DNA from: Candidatus Woesebacteria bacterium
GTDB taxonomy: Bacteria > Patescibacteriota > Microgenomatia > UBA8517
Assembly (NCBI GenBank): GCA_013426185.1
Contig: CP058602.1
Span: forward strand, 138,231 to 202,230
DNA: 64,000 nt
Direction: 5' to 3'
This document shows positions 54,633-64,000 of the stretch, piece after piece (positions within the stretch are counted from its first letter, which is position 1; every line of letters begins with the position of its first letter). The notes beneath the pieces were generated by a model that worked only from the letters and a program-made list of their open reading frames with translations, was not told the origin of the DNA and did no database searches. The translations under genes and the position numbers were made by a program.

Positions 54633-56319
54633 ATAAGCTTGTCAGAAGGTTTCTCCCCATCATTTGTGAAGGAATTGGTAATTCAAGAAGAGAAAGAACT
54701 GTAGGGGCAACATCAGCTAAAATTCCAGAAATCAGAGTTTGCGATTTTCCTATAAAATTTCTTGAAATAGCAATAAAAGGAACTGGAGAGCTGTCGTGTT
54801 CCGTCTCAATTTGCCCCGTTGCAGGATTAATCATAACTTCAACGTTGCCATGATCGGCAGTTATCAAAAGATATCCTCCAAAAGCAAGTATAAAATTGGC
54901 AATCTTACCCACACATTGGTCTACTACTTCGCAAGCCTTAACGGCAGCGCCAATATTGCCAGTGTGCCCCACCATATCGGGATTGGCAAAATTAACAAGA
55001 ACAAATTGGTAAACATCTTGCTTCAAGGCAGAAATTAGTTTGTCTGTTAATTCATAAACAGACATCTCCGGCTTAAGATCATAAGTTGGCACATTTGGCG
55101 AAGGAACAATTATCCTTTCTTCCCCAGGAAATGGATTTTCTCTTTGACCATTGAAATAAAAGGTTACAAACCTCTCTTTTTCTGATTCACTCATTCTTAA
55201 TTGTCTTAGGGAATTTTCAGCAATTACTCTTCCTAAAGGCATTTCTACTATCTCGGGTGGAAAAAGTGCGTGAGCACCACTTTCTGAAAGAGATTTACTA
55301 TATTCTGTCATAGTACAGAAAAATAAATTATTAAGTTTGACTTTCCTTTCAAACACTTTCTGATAAAAAGCAACCTTACCAATTAAATGCATCTTTTTAT
55401 ATCTTTCAAGATATGGATCAAAATCCAAGGCCAAGCTAGTATTGCTGAAATCATCAACAATAAAAGCCGATGTTAATTGTCTAGGCCTATCTATTCTGAA
55501 ATTAAAGAAAATGACAACATCATTATCAGATATCAAAGACACGGGTTTGCCCTCTTGATTTGTTATCAATGCAGGTTCTATAAATTCATCTGTCTTGCCT
55601 TCAGAATATGAAAATTGAATAGCTTCTTCCGGGGTCTTAACCAGATTTCCCTTTCCTTCAGTCAATGCTTCGTACGCTTTCTGAGTTCTATCCCAACGAC
55701 GATCTCGGTCCATAGCCCAGTATCTACCCATTAAAGAGGCAATAACTCCCACCCCTTCTCTTTCAATCACTTTCCTTAGCGAGTTTATGTATGAAATAGA
55801 AGCTGTGGGAGGTGAATCTCTACCATCGGTAATAATATGCAAAAACAGCCGATCAAACTTATTTTGACTAAAAAACTTAATCAAGGCATACAGATGTTCA
55901 GCACTTGAATGAACACCACCTGCTCCAAGAAGTCCTAAAAGATGAATCTTAGAATTAAATTTAATAGCATGATCTAAAGCTTGTTTTAAAACTGGGTTTT
56001 CAAGAAAAGAACCATCAGCAATTGCCATGTTTATTCTTTCCAAGTCTTGGTAAACAATTCTTCCAGCCCCTAAATTTAAATGGCCTGTTTCGGTATTGCC
56101 GACTTCGCCTCGAGGTAAGCCAACAGCATCACCAGAAGCCAAAAGCTGTGTGTGAGGAAAAGAGGCCCAAAACTGATTCATATTGGGAGTTTCTGCCAAA
56201 CTAATAGCATTTCCAGGACCAGGAGGAGCCAATCCCCATCCGTCAAGAACCAAGAGAACTACTAGCTTTTTATCCTCAAGAGGCATTTTGTTTAAGATAA
56301 GCGGAAATTTCCGATTCAA
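54625..56319 (-). CDS. gpmI: 2,3-bisphosphoglycerate-independent phosphoglycerate mutase
   Basis: iPGM signatures: LVLDGWG, the catalytic Ser region, and ADHGN with metal-binding His/Asp. Confidence 0.85.
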   Translation of the reverse strand: MNRKFPLILNKMPLEDKKLVVLLVLDGWGLAPPGPGNAISLAETPNMNQFWASFPHTQLLASGDAVGLPRGEVGNTETGHLNLGAGRIVYQDLERINMAIADGSFLENPVLKQALDHAIKFNSKIHLLGLLGAGGVHSSAEHLYALIKFFSQNKFDRLFLHIITDGRDSPPTASISYINSLRKVIEREGVGVIASLMGRYWAMDRDRRWDRTQKAYEALTEGKGNLVKTPEEAIQFSYSEGKTDEFIEPALITNQEGKPVSLISDNDVVIFFNFRIDRPRQLTSAFIVDDFSNTSLALDFDPYLERYKKMHLIGKVAFYQKVFERKVKLNNLFFCTMTEYSKSLSESGAHALFPPEIVEMPLGRVIAENSLRQLRMSESEKERFVTFYFNGQRENPFPGEERIIVPSPNVPTYDLKPEMSVYELTDKLISALKQDVYQFVLVNFANPDMVGHTGNIGAAVKACEVVDQCVGKIANFILAFGGYLLITADHGNVEVMINPATGQIETEHDSSPVPFIAISRNFIGKSQTLISGILADVAPTVLSLLELPIPSQMMGRNLLTSLSS

Positions 56320-57559
56320 TTGTTAATAATCTATTATATTTGGCCACCCGCTCTCCTCTTGCCGGAGCTCCAAACTTAACATAATCAGCTCCTACACCAA
56401 CAGCAAAGTCGGCAATAAACCAGTCATTGGTTTCACCTGAACGATGAGAAACAACTATTTTAAGACCATTTTCTCTTGCCAGTTTTATAACTTTTAAGGT
56501 CTCGCTAATTGTACCAACTTGGTTAGGTTTGACCAAAACTGCAGTGCAAGCTTTTTCTGTAATTGCTTTTTGCACTTTTTCAGGGTTTGTCACCAAAAGA
56601 TCATCACCAACAATAATTGTTTCAGAGGCAAGCATCTCAGTTATTTTTTTCCAACCTTCCCAGTCATCTTCTTCTAAAGGGTCTTCCAAAATAGCCAAGT
56701 GATATTGATCATTCAAGACTTTGTAGTATTCAAGCATCGCAGGTTTATCAAGAGGCGAAGTTTTATCTTTTATCTGATAACTACCATTTTTGTAAAAGAC
56801 AGAGGCAGCGGCATCAAGCCCTAGAAAGACATCTCTCCCCAACCCATATCTTGTTTGTTTTATGCTTTCAACCAAAAGCTCAAGAGCATCCATATTGGTA
56901 AAAAGATTAGGAGCAAATCCTCCTTCATCTCCAACTGAGTGGATTGCTCCTTTTTGCCGCAATTTGTTACCCGCCACCATATAGATTTCAGCAGCCATTC
57001 TTAATCCTTCAGAATAAGATTTAAAAGAAACGGGAACAATATGAAACTCCTGAAAATCAAGGTTACTTGCTCCATGCAAACCACCGTTAACAATATTGAA
57101 AATCGGAGTAGGGATTTTGGTATAAACAGTTATGCCCATTTTTTTCATCAGAGAAAGAACCCAACTGTAAAGAGTAAGATTATTGGCAATAGCTCCTAAT
57201 CTCAAAGCCAGTCCTGAAACAGCCAAAATGGCATTTGCTCCTAGTTTTGATTTATTTGGTGTTCCATCAAGATTAATTAGAATATTGTCTATTTCTTCTT
57301 GATTTGAAGGATCTTTTCCCAAGACCGCCTGTGCTAAGACGGTGTTAACATTATTTACTGCTTTTAAAACTCCCTTACCATAAAATCTGTCTTCATCCTG
57401 ATCTCTTAGTTCGATTGCCTCATGGCTTCCAGTTGAAGCTCCTGCTGGAACAGAAAAAACAGCTATCTGGCCGCTATCAAGTTGGCCAGCCACTTCAATT
57501 GTAGGCATGCCTCTTGAATCCAAAATTTCTCTTGCCCAAATTTGCTTTATAGTAGCCAT
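56276..57559 (-). CDS. eno: Enolase
   Basis: SGASTGSHEA; metal/substrate motifs DDLLVTNP and VKPNQVGTISE; SHRSGET. Confidence 0.9.
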   Translation of the reverse strand: MATIKQIWAREILDSRGMPTIEVAGQLDSGQIAVFSVPAGASTGSHEAIELRDQDEDRFYGKGVLKAVNNVNTVLAQAVLGKDPSNQEEIDNILINLDGTPNKSKLGANAILAVSGLALRLGAIANNLTLYSWVLSLMKKMGITVYTKIPTPIFNIVNGGLHGASNLDFQEFHIVPVSFKSYSEGLRMAAEIYMVAGNKLRQKGAIHSVGDEGGFAPNLFTNMDALELLVESIKQTRYGLGRDVFLGLDAAASVFYKNGSYQIKDKTSPLDKPAMLEYYKVLNDQYHLAILEDPLEEDDWEGWKKITEMLASETIIVGDDLLVTNPEKVQKAITEKACTAVLVKPNQVGTISETLKVIKLARENGLKIVVSHRSGETNDWFIADFAVGVGADYVKFGAPARGERVAKYNRLLTIESEISAYLKQNAS

Positions 57560-57570
57560 AAAAACAAAAA

Positions 57571-59877
57571 TTAAACTTCTTTCTTAGAAAGTTCCTTTTC
57601 TGCTTGATAAATATTCTCGCGAGTACGAGCTATTGCATCTGGATTAACAGAGATACTGGTTATTCCCCACTTAACTAGGTTAAAAGCATAATCATCATAA
57701 ATAGATGGCGCCTGCCCACAAATTGATGTAGTGACTCCATGCTTATTACAAGTTTTTATTGTTTTTCTTATTGCCCAAAGAACAGCAGGCGACCTTTCAT
57801 CAAAGGCAGAGGCTACTTCGGCATTATCGCGGTCGGTTCCGGTCAAAAGCATGGTTAAATCATTAGAACCTATAGAAACTCCGTCGATTCCTACCTTAAT
57901 AAAATCTTCAAGTTGAATTACGTTGACAGGCAGTTCCACCATCATCCAAAACTTAAAGCTAGAAAAATCAAATAACCCTTCCGAGGCAACTATCTTCCTG
58001 ACTTTTGCAAGCTCTAAAGGAGAACGTACAAAAGGAATCATAATCCTTAAGTTATTGTAGCTCGAGAGTACTTTTTTGAGAGCCTTTAACTCCAATGTGA
58101 ACACTTCCTGATTTAGAATATAACGCAAAGCACCTCTAAAACCAAGAAGCGGATTTGCCTCTTGGGGCTCCCAGTGAGCCCCGCCTTCAAGCACACGGTA
58201 CTCATTAGTTTTGAAATCGGTAGTTCGGTAAACAACTGGTCTTGGATAAAATGATTTACAAAAAGTCTCAACACCTTTAGCCAAATCATCTATATATTTG
58301 ATTTGCTTCTTATTCTTAATAGCCTCTTTAGGATGAATCTTCATGTTGGCCATCATAAATTCAGCCCTTAAAAGTCCAACCCCATCAACATCAAGTTTTG
58401 CCACCTTCTTTGCCATCTCAGGCTCAGCTAAGTTTACATAAAGCTTGGTTGCTGTCTTTCGGGGACGATAAACTTCTTTAAGACTTTCTTTCTTCAATTG
58501 TTTATTCTTAGTACCCTTGTAAATTACACCATTCTCACCATCTACAGTAACTACTAATCCTTCTTTCAATATTTTTGTTGCGTTTTTAGTACCAACTACG
58601 CAAGGGACACCCAACTCCCGAGAGACTATGGCAGCATGAGAAGTCATACCGCCTTCATCGGTAATGATTGCTGATGCCTTTTTCATTGCTGGCACAAAAT
58701 CAGGCGAGGTCATTGTTGATACCAAAACATCACCCTCCTTTACTTTACTAATTTCCTTAGCGCTTTTAACCAGCTTAACTTCCCCACTACCTACACCAGG
58801 ACTTGCTGGTTTGCCTGAAAGGAGAACGGGCAAATCTGAAAATTCACCATCTTTCTGGGAAAACTTGGCTTCGGAACCTAAAGTAGTGATTGGTCTTGTT
58901 TGAACAATATAAAGGTTATTTTTCTCCTTAGCCCACTCTATATCTTGAGGAAAGAAATAGTGCTCCTGTAGTTTTTGAGCAATTTTTGCCAAGAATTTAA
59001 TCTCAGAATCATTTAACTTTGGCGAGTTTCGCTTATTTTTTGGCACACTAAATTCTTTAGTTTCCTTTCCTCTTCTAACAAGTTCTCTATCCTGCTCTGA
59101 AATTTCTTTTGAAAGAATATCAAAAGTGTCTTTTTGAACCACATAACGGTCTGGAATAACTGAACCTTGAACTATCATCTCACCCAATCCCCAAACAGCC
59201 TCAATAACAATCCTGTCCTTTTCTTTAGTTACAGGATCTACTGTAAAAATTACTCCCGAAGCCTCAGATTGCACCATCTTTTGGACAATCACAGCAATTT
59301 TAACTTTCTCATGAGGAATTTTGTTTTGAACCCGGTAGAAAATAGATCTAGCAGTAAAAAGCGAGGCCCAACATTCTTTTAATGCCTGAAGCAAATTATT
59401 CTCTCCTTGCACGTTTAAAATTGTTGCCTGTTGGCCGGCAAAAGAAGTGGAAGGCATATCTTCGGCTGTAGCTGATGACCTTACTGCAACTAAAGCTTTC
59501 TTAAGTATTCCTGAAAGCTTTGCATAACCTCTGACTACTTCGCGAATAACCTCTTGAGGTATATCAGAACCTAATATCATTTTTTGTATCGTGGCTGAAG
59601 CTTCTTGAAGCTGGGCTGGATCTGAAACATCAAGTGATGACAAAAGCGAATAGATTTTACTCTCAAGATTATTCTCTTTCAGAAAAAGATCATAAGAATT
59701 AGCAGTTATAGCAAAACCGGGTGGCACAGGCATCCCTATTTTTGTCATCTCCCCCAAGTTTGCTCCCTTGCCTCCAACCAAATTTACATCGCTTTTGTCC
59801 AAATCCTTGAAGTAGATAACCAACTTTTGGGCAGTCATAACAATAGTCATTATAAAGAGACAAAAGATTAGTATCAA
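57571..59877 (-). CDS. PEP-utilizing dikinase (phosphoenolpyruvate synthase or pyruvate,phosphate dikinase family)
   Basis: N-terminal ATP-grasp nucleotide domain (GGKGANLGEM), phospho-His swivel domain (GGMTSHAAIVSRELGVPCVVG) and a C-terminal PEP-utilizing TIM barrel. Confidence 0.75.
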   Translation of the reverse strand: MILIFCLFIMTIVMTAQKLVIYFKDLDKSDVNLVGGKGANLGEMTKIGMPVPPGFAITANSYDLFLKENNLESKIYSLLSSLDVSDPAQLQEASATIQKMILGSDIPQEVIREVVRGYAKLSGILKKALVAVRSSATAEDMPSTSFAGQQATILNVQGENNLLQALKECWASLFTARSIFYRVQNKIPHEKVKIAVIVQKMVQSEASGVIFTVDPVTKEKDRIVIEAVWGLGEMIVQGSVIPDRYVVQKDTFDILSKEISEQDRELVRRGKETKEFSVPKNKRNSPKLNDSEIKFLAKIAQKLQEHYFFPQDIEWAKEKNNLYIVQTRPITTLGSEAKFSQKDGEFSDLPVLLSGKPASPGVGSGEVKLVKSAKEISKVKEGDVLVSTMTSPDFVPAMKKASAIITDEGGMTSHAAIVSRELGVPCVVGTKNATKILKEGLVVTVDGENGVIYKGTKNKQLKKESLKEVYRPRKTATKLYVNLAEPEMAKKVAKLDVDGVGLLRAEFMMANMKIHPKEAIKNKKQIKYIDDLAKGVETFCKSFYPRPVVYRTTDFKTNEYRVLEGGAHWEPQEANPLLGFRGALRYILNQEVFTLELKALKKVLSSYNNLRIMIPFVRSPLELAKVRKIVASEGLFDFSSFKFWMMVELPVNVIQLEDFIKVGIDGVSIGSNDLTMLLTGTDRDNAEVASAFDERSPAVLWAIRKTIKTCNKHGVTTSICGQAPSIYDDYAFNLVKWGITSISVNPDAIARTRENIYQAEKELSKKEV

Positions 59878-60258
59878 GTGTCAAGTATCAAGTATAGGTA
59901 AAAGGCTAGAGGTAAAAGGTAAAAGAAACACAAGTAGAAAGTAGAACGTAGTAAGTAGAAAGCAAAAGATTGTATCTAGTATTTTGTATTATGTATTATG
60001 CAGGAAATACAAGTAGGAAGTAGAATGTAGTAAGTAGAAAGCAAAATTCTATAATCTATAATCCAAAATCTATAATCTAATCATAAAGTTTTGACTTTTG
60101 AGTTTTAAGTTTTAATTTAATTTGTGATTTGAAGAATTGGATAATTGTAGAATTGTTTAGAATTTAGAATTTGTGATTTGGAATTTTATTCTCTAATCTC
60201 TAATTTGTATTCTGTAATCTAATTTTTGACTTTTGAGTTTTAATTTTTGAGTTATTAA
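59878..60258. repeat. Mosaic intergenic repeat copy R6 (most complete: A-D'-C-D'-E, with duplicated E sub-blocks)
   Basis: Contains GGTAAAAGGCTAGAGGTAAAAGGTAAAAG; GTAGAAAGTAGAACGTAGTAAGTAGAAAG on both sides of GATTGTATCTAGTATTTTGTATTATGTATTATGCAGGA; and two copies of TTTTGACTTTTGAGTTTTAA. Confidence 0.8.
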
Positions 60259-60260
60259 TA

Positions 60261-61331
60261 CTAATCCTGCAATCTACTTTTGAAGTAATCTACCCAAGGA
60301 ATGCTCGCAGGATCCTCTTGATAAAGAAAAGCCAGATAATAAGCAACAAAATAAGAAAGGATGATCAACTCAAAAACTTGCAGCAAGCGGTTTTTTCCCA
60401 AAGCCTCATAAGTAATCACAGGATAACCATTTTTAATAATTACTTCTTTGGTAACAGGATATCTTTTACTTACCTCTGGTGTAAAAAGCTTTGATTCAAC
60501 TATCAAAAATTTAACCAATTCTCGCAAGCGCATTGGGTTTTTCAAGCCTTCCAAAAGATGATGATTCAATTCTGGGATATCAAAAAGAACAGAAAAAGTC
60601 TTGGCTGTTTCATTCAATTGATTTTTGAAAGCATGGCAAGAACCAATCAAATGCTCACTTGTAACGATAACTGGCAAGTAACCTCTTAAATCTTTAGCAA
60701 TCTTTTTGGCTAAATTACTTGCTTCGGGGTTTTCTCTTTTGTAGTCAGAGATCAAAGACTCAATAAAAGAAACTACTTCCTTAATTTCGGAATTTGTTAA
60801 ATTGATATACTCGCATTTTCCAAGAAGAGTAAGAATTGCAGTTACAGAGTAACCCAAAGCCAAACGAGGCTGAGAAGAAGGATTATTTTCGGGATTAAAA
60901 ATATAAGCTGGAACACCTTCCTTATGAGCAAATTCTTCAAGCTTGCCGCCAGTTGTAATTACAAAAATCCTGGCCCCTTTTTTAAGAGCTTCATACGCAT
61001 CTCTTAAAGTTTCCTGTGTAGTACCAGAATAGGAGGACAAAATAACCAAAGAGTTCTGATTGACATAGTTTGGAATATAAAATTCAGTAAAGACCTCAAT
61101 AGGTACTCTCACTCTTTGAGGAATCAAAGAATCAACAACACGTCCTCCAAGAGCTGATCCACCCATTCCTGCAACAACAATATTTGAAGCTTGATAATAC
61201 TCCTTAGGAATATCAAGCTTACCAACTTCATTGTAGGCTTGCTCTATTTGTTCGCCAAAAAGAGTTATTGATTCATAAACTCTCTTTTTATCAAAAGCCA
61301 AAAGATCTTCAATTTTATCTAAGTTATTCAT
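60261..61331 (-). CDS. Bifunctional phosphoglucose/phosphomannose isomerase (archaeal-type SIS-domain PGI/PMI)
   Basis: Tandem SIS domains (VVAGMGGSALGG; VILSSYSGTTQET). 356 aa. Confidence 0.55.
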   Translation of the reverse strand: MNNLDKIEDLLAFDKKRVYESITLFGEQIEQAYNEVGKLDIPKEYYQASNIVVAGMGGSALGGRVVDSLIPQRVRVPIEVFTEFYIPNYVNQNSLVILSSYSGTTQETLRDAYEALKKGARIFVITTGGKLEEFAHKEGVPAYIFNPENNPSSQPRLALGYSVTAILTLLGKCEYINLTNSEIKEVVSFIESLISDYKRENPEASNLAKKIAKDLRGYLPVIVTSEHLIGSCHAFKNQLNETAKTFSVLFDIPELNHHLLEGLKNPMRLRELVKFLIVESKLFTPEVSKRYPVTKEVIIKNGYPVITYEALGKNRLLQVFELIILSYFVAYYLAFLYQEDPASIPWVDYFKSRLQD

Positions 61332-62673
61332 TTTGCTTAATAATTACATCTTTGACTAGATTAATTCCCTCAAGAAGCAAACTACGAGCTTTTGATTTTG
61401 AGGTTGATTCAGCAAAGACTCTAAATTCAGGAGCGTTTTGTGAGCTCCTAAATAAAATCCAAGTCTCATCATCAAGCCAAATCTTAAGCCCATCTGTTTT
61501 ATCTACTCTTATACCCTTGAATTTATTCCTTGCCTCATCAACTATCTTTTCTTTAAGCTCCCACTTATATTCAACCTTGTCGCGAGCCAAAAAATATTGG
61601 GGAAGTTCCGAGATCAAGGCTGAAAGAGATTTTTTTGATTCAGCAAGAATATTTAACACCTCAATAGTAGATCTGCCGCCATCGCGGCTATGCATTTCTG
61701 AAAAAATTCCACCTCCATTGGCTTCAAACCCAAAGTTGCTATCTGTTTCTTTCATTTTAGAAACAACATAAGGAGAACCCACTTTAGTCCGATAAACTTT
61801 CTTGCAAACTTTCTCAACCACCTGGGAAGTGTTAATCGGTGTAACCACCGAATCCTTGGCAATTCTACTGGCAATTAGAGCTCCAGTATAATCACCCGGG
61901 ATAAAATTGCTCTTCTCATCTATAAAAACACATCTGTCCCCATCAGAGTCATAACCAATGCCAAAATCAGCTTTAGTTTCTTTTACTTTCTCCTGCAAAT
62001 CAAGAAAATCACCTTCAACTTCGGTGTCACGAGAGAGAAAATTCTCCTGAATTGACGTGTTTAACTCCACAACATCAAGACCCAAGTATTTCAAAACATA
62101 AGGAGCAACATCAGATTGAGCACCATTGCCAGCATCAACTACCACTTTCCATTTGGGATAAGGCCTTTTTGCTTTCCCTATAAGATAGTTTACATACTCT
62201 TCTTTTGCCCTTTCTTCATAAATAACCAATTTCAAGTCTATATCTTGATAAGGTTCCCTTTCCTTAAGCGAAAAATAGATTTCTTCTATCTCGCTCTCAT
62301 GTTCTTTTAAAATTTCTTCTTCAAAAGCAAAAAACTTAACCCCATTAAGATGGGGTTTTATATGGCTACCTGAAACCATTATGCTACCAGCATAGTCAGA
62401 AGACGCTTTTAAAATATAGTTTAACGAAGGAATTGGGACAACACCCTGGTCAGCAACTTCCCTTTTTTCAAAAATAAGGCCTGAAATAATAGCTTTTTTA
62501 ATCCTAGGACTTGATTCACGAGGATCCATTCCTATTGCCACCAAACCCTTTTTCTTATGATTATCCAGAAACTTGGCAAAAGTACGGCCCAAATCAAAGG
62601 AGAATTGATTTGTAAAGAGGCTTTCAGCATCACCCCTGATACCACTTGTTCCAAAAAGAGACATTTTTTCCAC
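61324..62673 (-). CDS. Phosphoglucomutase/phosphomannomutase (alpha-D-phosphohexomutase family)
   Basis: N-terminus MSLFGTSGIRGDAE, an active-site Ser loop (VSGSHIKPHLNG), and GYDSDGDR metal-binding loop. Confidence 0.75.
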   Translation of the reverse strand: MEKMSLFGTSGIRGDAESLFTNQFSFDLGRTFAKFLDNHKKKGLVAIGMDPRESSPRIKKAIISGLIFEKREVADQGVVPIPSLNYILKASSDYAGSIMVSGSHIKPHLNGVKFFAFEEEILKEHESEIEEIYFSLKEREPYQDIDLKLVIYEERAKEEYVNYLIGKAKRPYPKWKVVVDAGNGAQSDVAPYVLKYLGLDVVELNTSIQENFLSRDTEVEGDFLDLQEKVKETKADFGIGYDSDGDRCVFIDEKSNFIPGDYTGALIASRIAKDSVVTPINTSQVVEKVCKKVYRTKVGSPYVVSKMKETDSNFGFEANGGGIFSEMHSRDGGRSTIEVLNILAESKKSLSALISELPQYFLARDKVEYKWELKEKIVDEARNKFKGIRVDKTDGLKIWLDDETWILFRSSQNAPEFRVFAESTSKSKARSLLLEGINLVKDVIIKQNE

Positions 62674-62676
62674 AAC

Positions 62677-63351
62677 TCATTTTAAATGCTTAACTAGTAA
62701 AAGGTCAAGATAATAAACAAGACCAAGAGAGGATCTTTTGGCCTCAATATCCAAAAGAGCCAATTCTTCAATAAGCTGCCTTAGATTATCTTGAGTAAAT
62801 CTAGAAGCTTGCCTTTCCAATTTTTCAACCTGCCAAGAAGGATATGGTAGAGTTGAAGGATCAGTTTTTACCCAATACAAATCTTTTAGCCGAGAAGAGA
62901 CTAAATGAAAGATAAGTTCTTCCGGTTCCCTTTCAAGCATCTGGTGAAACAGCAAAATAGCGTTTTTACTATTTGAAGGATAAAGACTATCTAGAAATTG
63001 AAAAACTATTTTGGGATAATCAAAATTTTCAATTTTCTTTATTTTAGGAAAATTTTTTAAAATTGAAGAAGGAATATTTCCTCCTTGAGAACAAATGACC
63101 AAAACGCCGTCAATTTTTGCCACTTTCTCTTTAAGATACTTCAAGTCAGATTTAGAAATTGATTTATAATCTTCAACTATAAACAAATTACCCCTATCAT
63201 AAAGACCCGACAGTAAAATCTTATCCAAAACTCTTTCCTCTTTTTCTATTCTGATAATAGACCAATTTCTCTTTTTGGCCTCATTAACAAATTTAGACAA
63301 TCTCTCTTTTAATGCTAAATTATTTTCTCCCTGAAGAATAATTATTTCCAT
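62677..63351 (-). CDS. Putative DNA polymerase III delta subunit (HolA)-like, short
   Basis: Weak. The helical clamp-loader-accessory pattern lacks a Walker motif. Its position before a replication-repair-like block is compatible. The assignment is tentative. Confidence 0.25.
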   Translation of the reverse strand: MEIIILQGENNLALKERLSKFVNEAKKRNWSIIRIEKEERVLDKILLSGLYDRGNLFIVEDYKSISKSDLKYLKEKVAKIDGVLVICSQGGNIPSSILKNFPKIKKIENFDYPKIVFQFLDSLYPSNSKNAILLFHQMLEREPEELIFHLVSSRLKDLYWVKTDPSTLPYPSWQVEKLERQASRFTQDNLRQLIEELALLDIEAKRSSLGLVYYLDLLLVKHLK

Positions 63352-63751
63352 CCTGCCTATGATACCTCAGTTTTAAAGTCTTGACTAGATCTTGGAATTT
63401 ACGTTTTCCACGACGATAATGAGGAACTAAAGAACCAGAAAAGTTTCTGGGAATGTGAGCAATTTCGTGCAAAAGAACATCATCTTTCTCTCGATCTTTA
63501 AGTCGATCGTACCTTTCTGATATAACCTCTATAACATAATGAGGTTTAATATTCAAAACTTTCTGCCATAAACTAGGCAACCCCCAAATTCGGGCAATAG
63601 CTCTTGACTTTGATCCCTTTGACCTTAAGCAAAAAACAGATTCAAGATCAAGCCATGAAAAGCCTCCCTCTTTCTTTAAAATAGCTATTCTTTCTTTTAT
63701 GTCAGGAGCATCTTCCCAAAAAATCCTACTTCCTGTATTTTTTCTTCTCAC
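63320..63751 (-). CDS. SprT-like / DUF45-like zinc metallopeptidase (HExxH)
   Basis: HEIAHI HExxH motif in a basic 143-aa protein. Confidence 0.35.
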   Translation of the reverse strand: MRRKNTGSRIFWEDAPDIKERIAILKKEGGFSWLDLESVFCLRSKGSKSRAIARIWGLPSLWQKVLNIKPHYVIEVISERYDRLKDREKDDVLLHEIAHIPRNFSGSLVPHYRRGKRKFQDLVKTLKLRYHRQDGNNYSSGRK

Positions 63752-63774
63752 TAAAACAAGGCAGGGTAAAAAAA

Positions 63775-63975
63775 CTAAAGCTTAAAAATTTCTGCTCCTT
63801 CTTTAACTGGTTGATCAACCTTTAAACCTATCGTATCACCTTTTTTTGCTGAATCAATCTTATTATGCTCCACCTGTATTGATTCAACCGTTTGTTCAAA
63901 CATGTCTTCTCCACCTCTAGTAAATTTTATCCTATCACCAACTGCAAGGTCAGCCATTAATTCAACCACTGCCAC
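63775..63975 (-). CDS. Hypothetical 66-aa beta-barrel-like protein
   Basis: ORF only. GDRIKF...GDTIGLKV pattern resembles small translation-factor-type beta-barrel domains. Confidence 0.2.
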   Translation of the reverse strand: MAVVELMADLAVGDRIKFTRGGEDMFEQTVESIQVEHNKIDSAKKGDTIGLKVDQPVKEGAEIFKL

Positions 63976-64000
63976 ACCTATCTTGTCATAATAATGGGTA

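Noticed and set aside
5135-60258. Could the repeat-rich intergenic regions be CRISPR arrays?
   Set aside because: The repeats are not constant-length units separated by unique spacers of fixed size. They are heterogeneous tandem motif blocks (8-mers, 11-mers, 7-mers) in varying order and orientation. No cas genes are present.
1-64000. rRNA genes, tmRNA, RNase P RNA, SRP RNA
   Set aside because: I scanned the larger non-coding gaps (8.8-9.3 kb, 25.6-25.9 kb, 30.8-31.0 kb, 32.4-33.0 kb, 34.4-34.7 kb, 41.0-41.7 kb, 59.9-60.3 kb). They are filled by the repeat family, tRNAs or the leader region. No conserved rRNA or tmRNA (GGGG…ANDENYALAA-coding) or RNase P signatures were recognised by eye.

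Overview
This 64-kb window looks like a low-GC, gene-dense fragment from a Candidate Phyla Radiation (Patescibacteria-like) bacterium. That placement is inferred from gene content: pilM/N/O with no secretin, an archaeal-type PGI/PMI and PGM, a DRG-family GTPase, a domain-reduced trigger factor, and short PheT, UvrC and HolA. Nothing was searched against a database.

Most of the window is housekeeping, and almost all of it is on the minus strand:
- a pilX-like/pilM/pilN/pilO block on the plus strand
- the KH-rpsP-rnc-ACP-nusB operon
- recG and tyrS
- a class A PBP
- the thrS-infC-rpmI-rplT-pheS-pheT operon
- a copper cluster (DUF2905-copA-csoR, with a divergent membrane-cupredoxin gene and copZ)
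- trigger factor
- pyrG
- uvrC, uvrA and uvrB with a divergent lexA
- a glycolysis/sugar block (gpmI-eno-PEP-utilizing dikinase, PGI/PMI, PGM)

I predict 15 tRNA genes: Ala-GGC, Val-GAC, Leu-TAG, Lys-CTT, Arg-TCT, Leu-CAG, Leu-GAG, Val-TAC, Phe-GAA, Gly-GCC, Arg-TCG, Gly-TCC, Pro-TGG, Leu-TAA and His-GTG. There are also several tRNA fragments. I found no rRNA, no CRISPR array and no cas genes.

The structures I consider most worth a second look:
1. A six-copy mosaic intergenic repeat family built from short tandem motif modules. Copies sit in the promoter regions of major operons, in both orientations.
2. A RAYT/IS200-like HuH Y1 transposase gene flanked by about 37-bp inverted repeats carrying a perfect 19-bp palindrome, inserted between thrS and infC.
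3. A 4.3-kb copper-homeostasis cluster bounded by tRNA genes and by a roughly 57-bp direct repeat that includes the last codons of copZ. Its divergent promoter carries a CsoR-type C4-N5-G4 operator.
4. Two loci where a small GIY-YIG nuclease gene sits between tRNA genes and carries tRNA-gene scars: complementary split tRNA halves at one, and a 100-bp tandem duplication of a tRNA-Leu 5' end at the other.
5. A consensus sigma70 promoter plus a roughly 110-nt leader ending in a strong intrinsic terminator 14 nt before the start codon of a lytic-transglycosylase-like gene, which suggests a riboswitch or attenuator.

All calls come from reading the sequence and from family knowledge. No searches were run.
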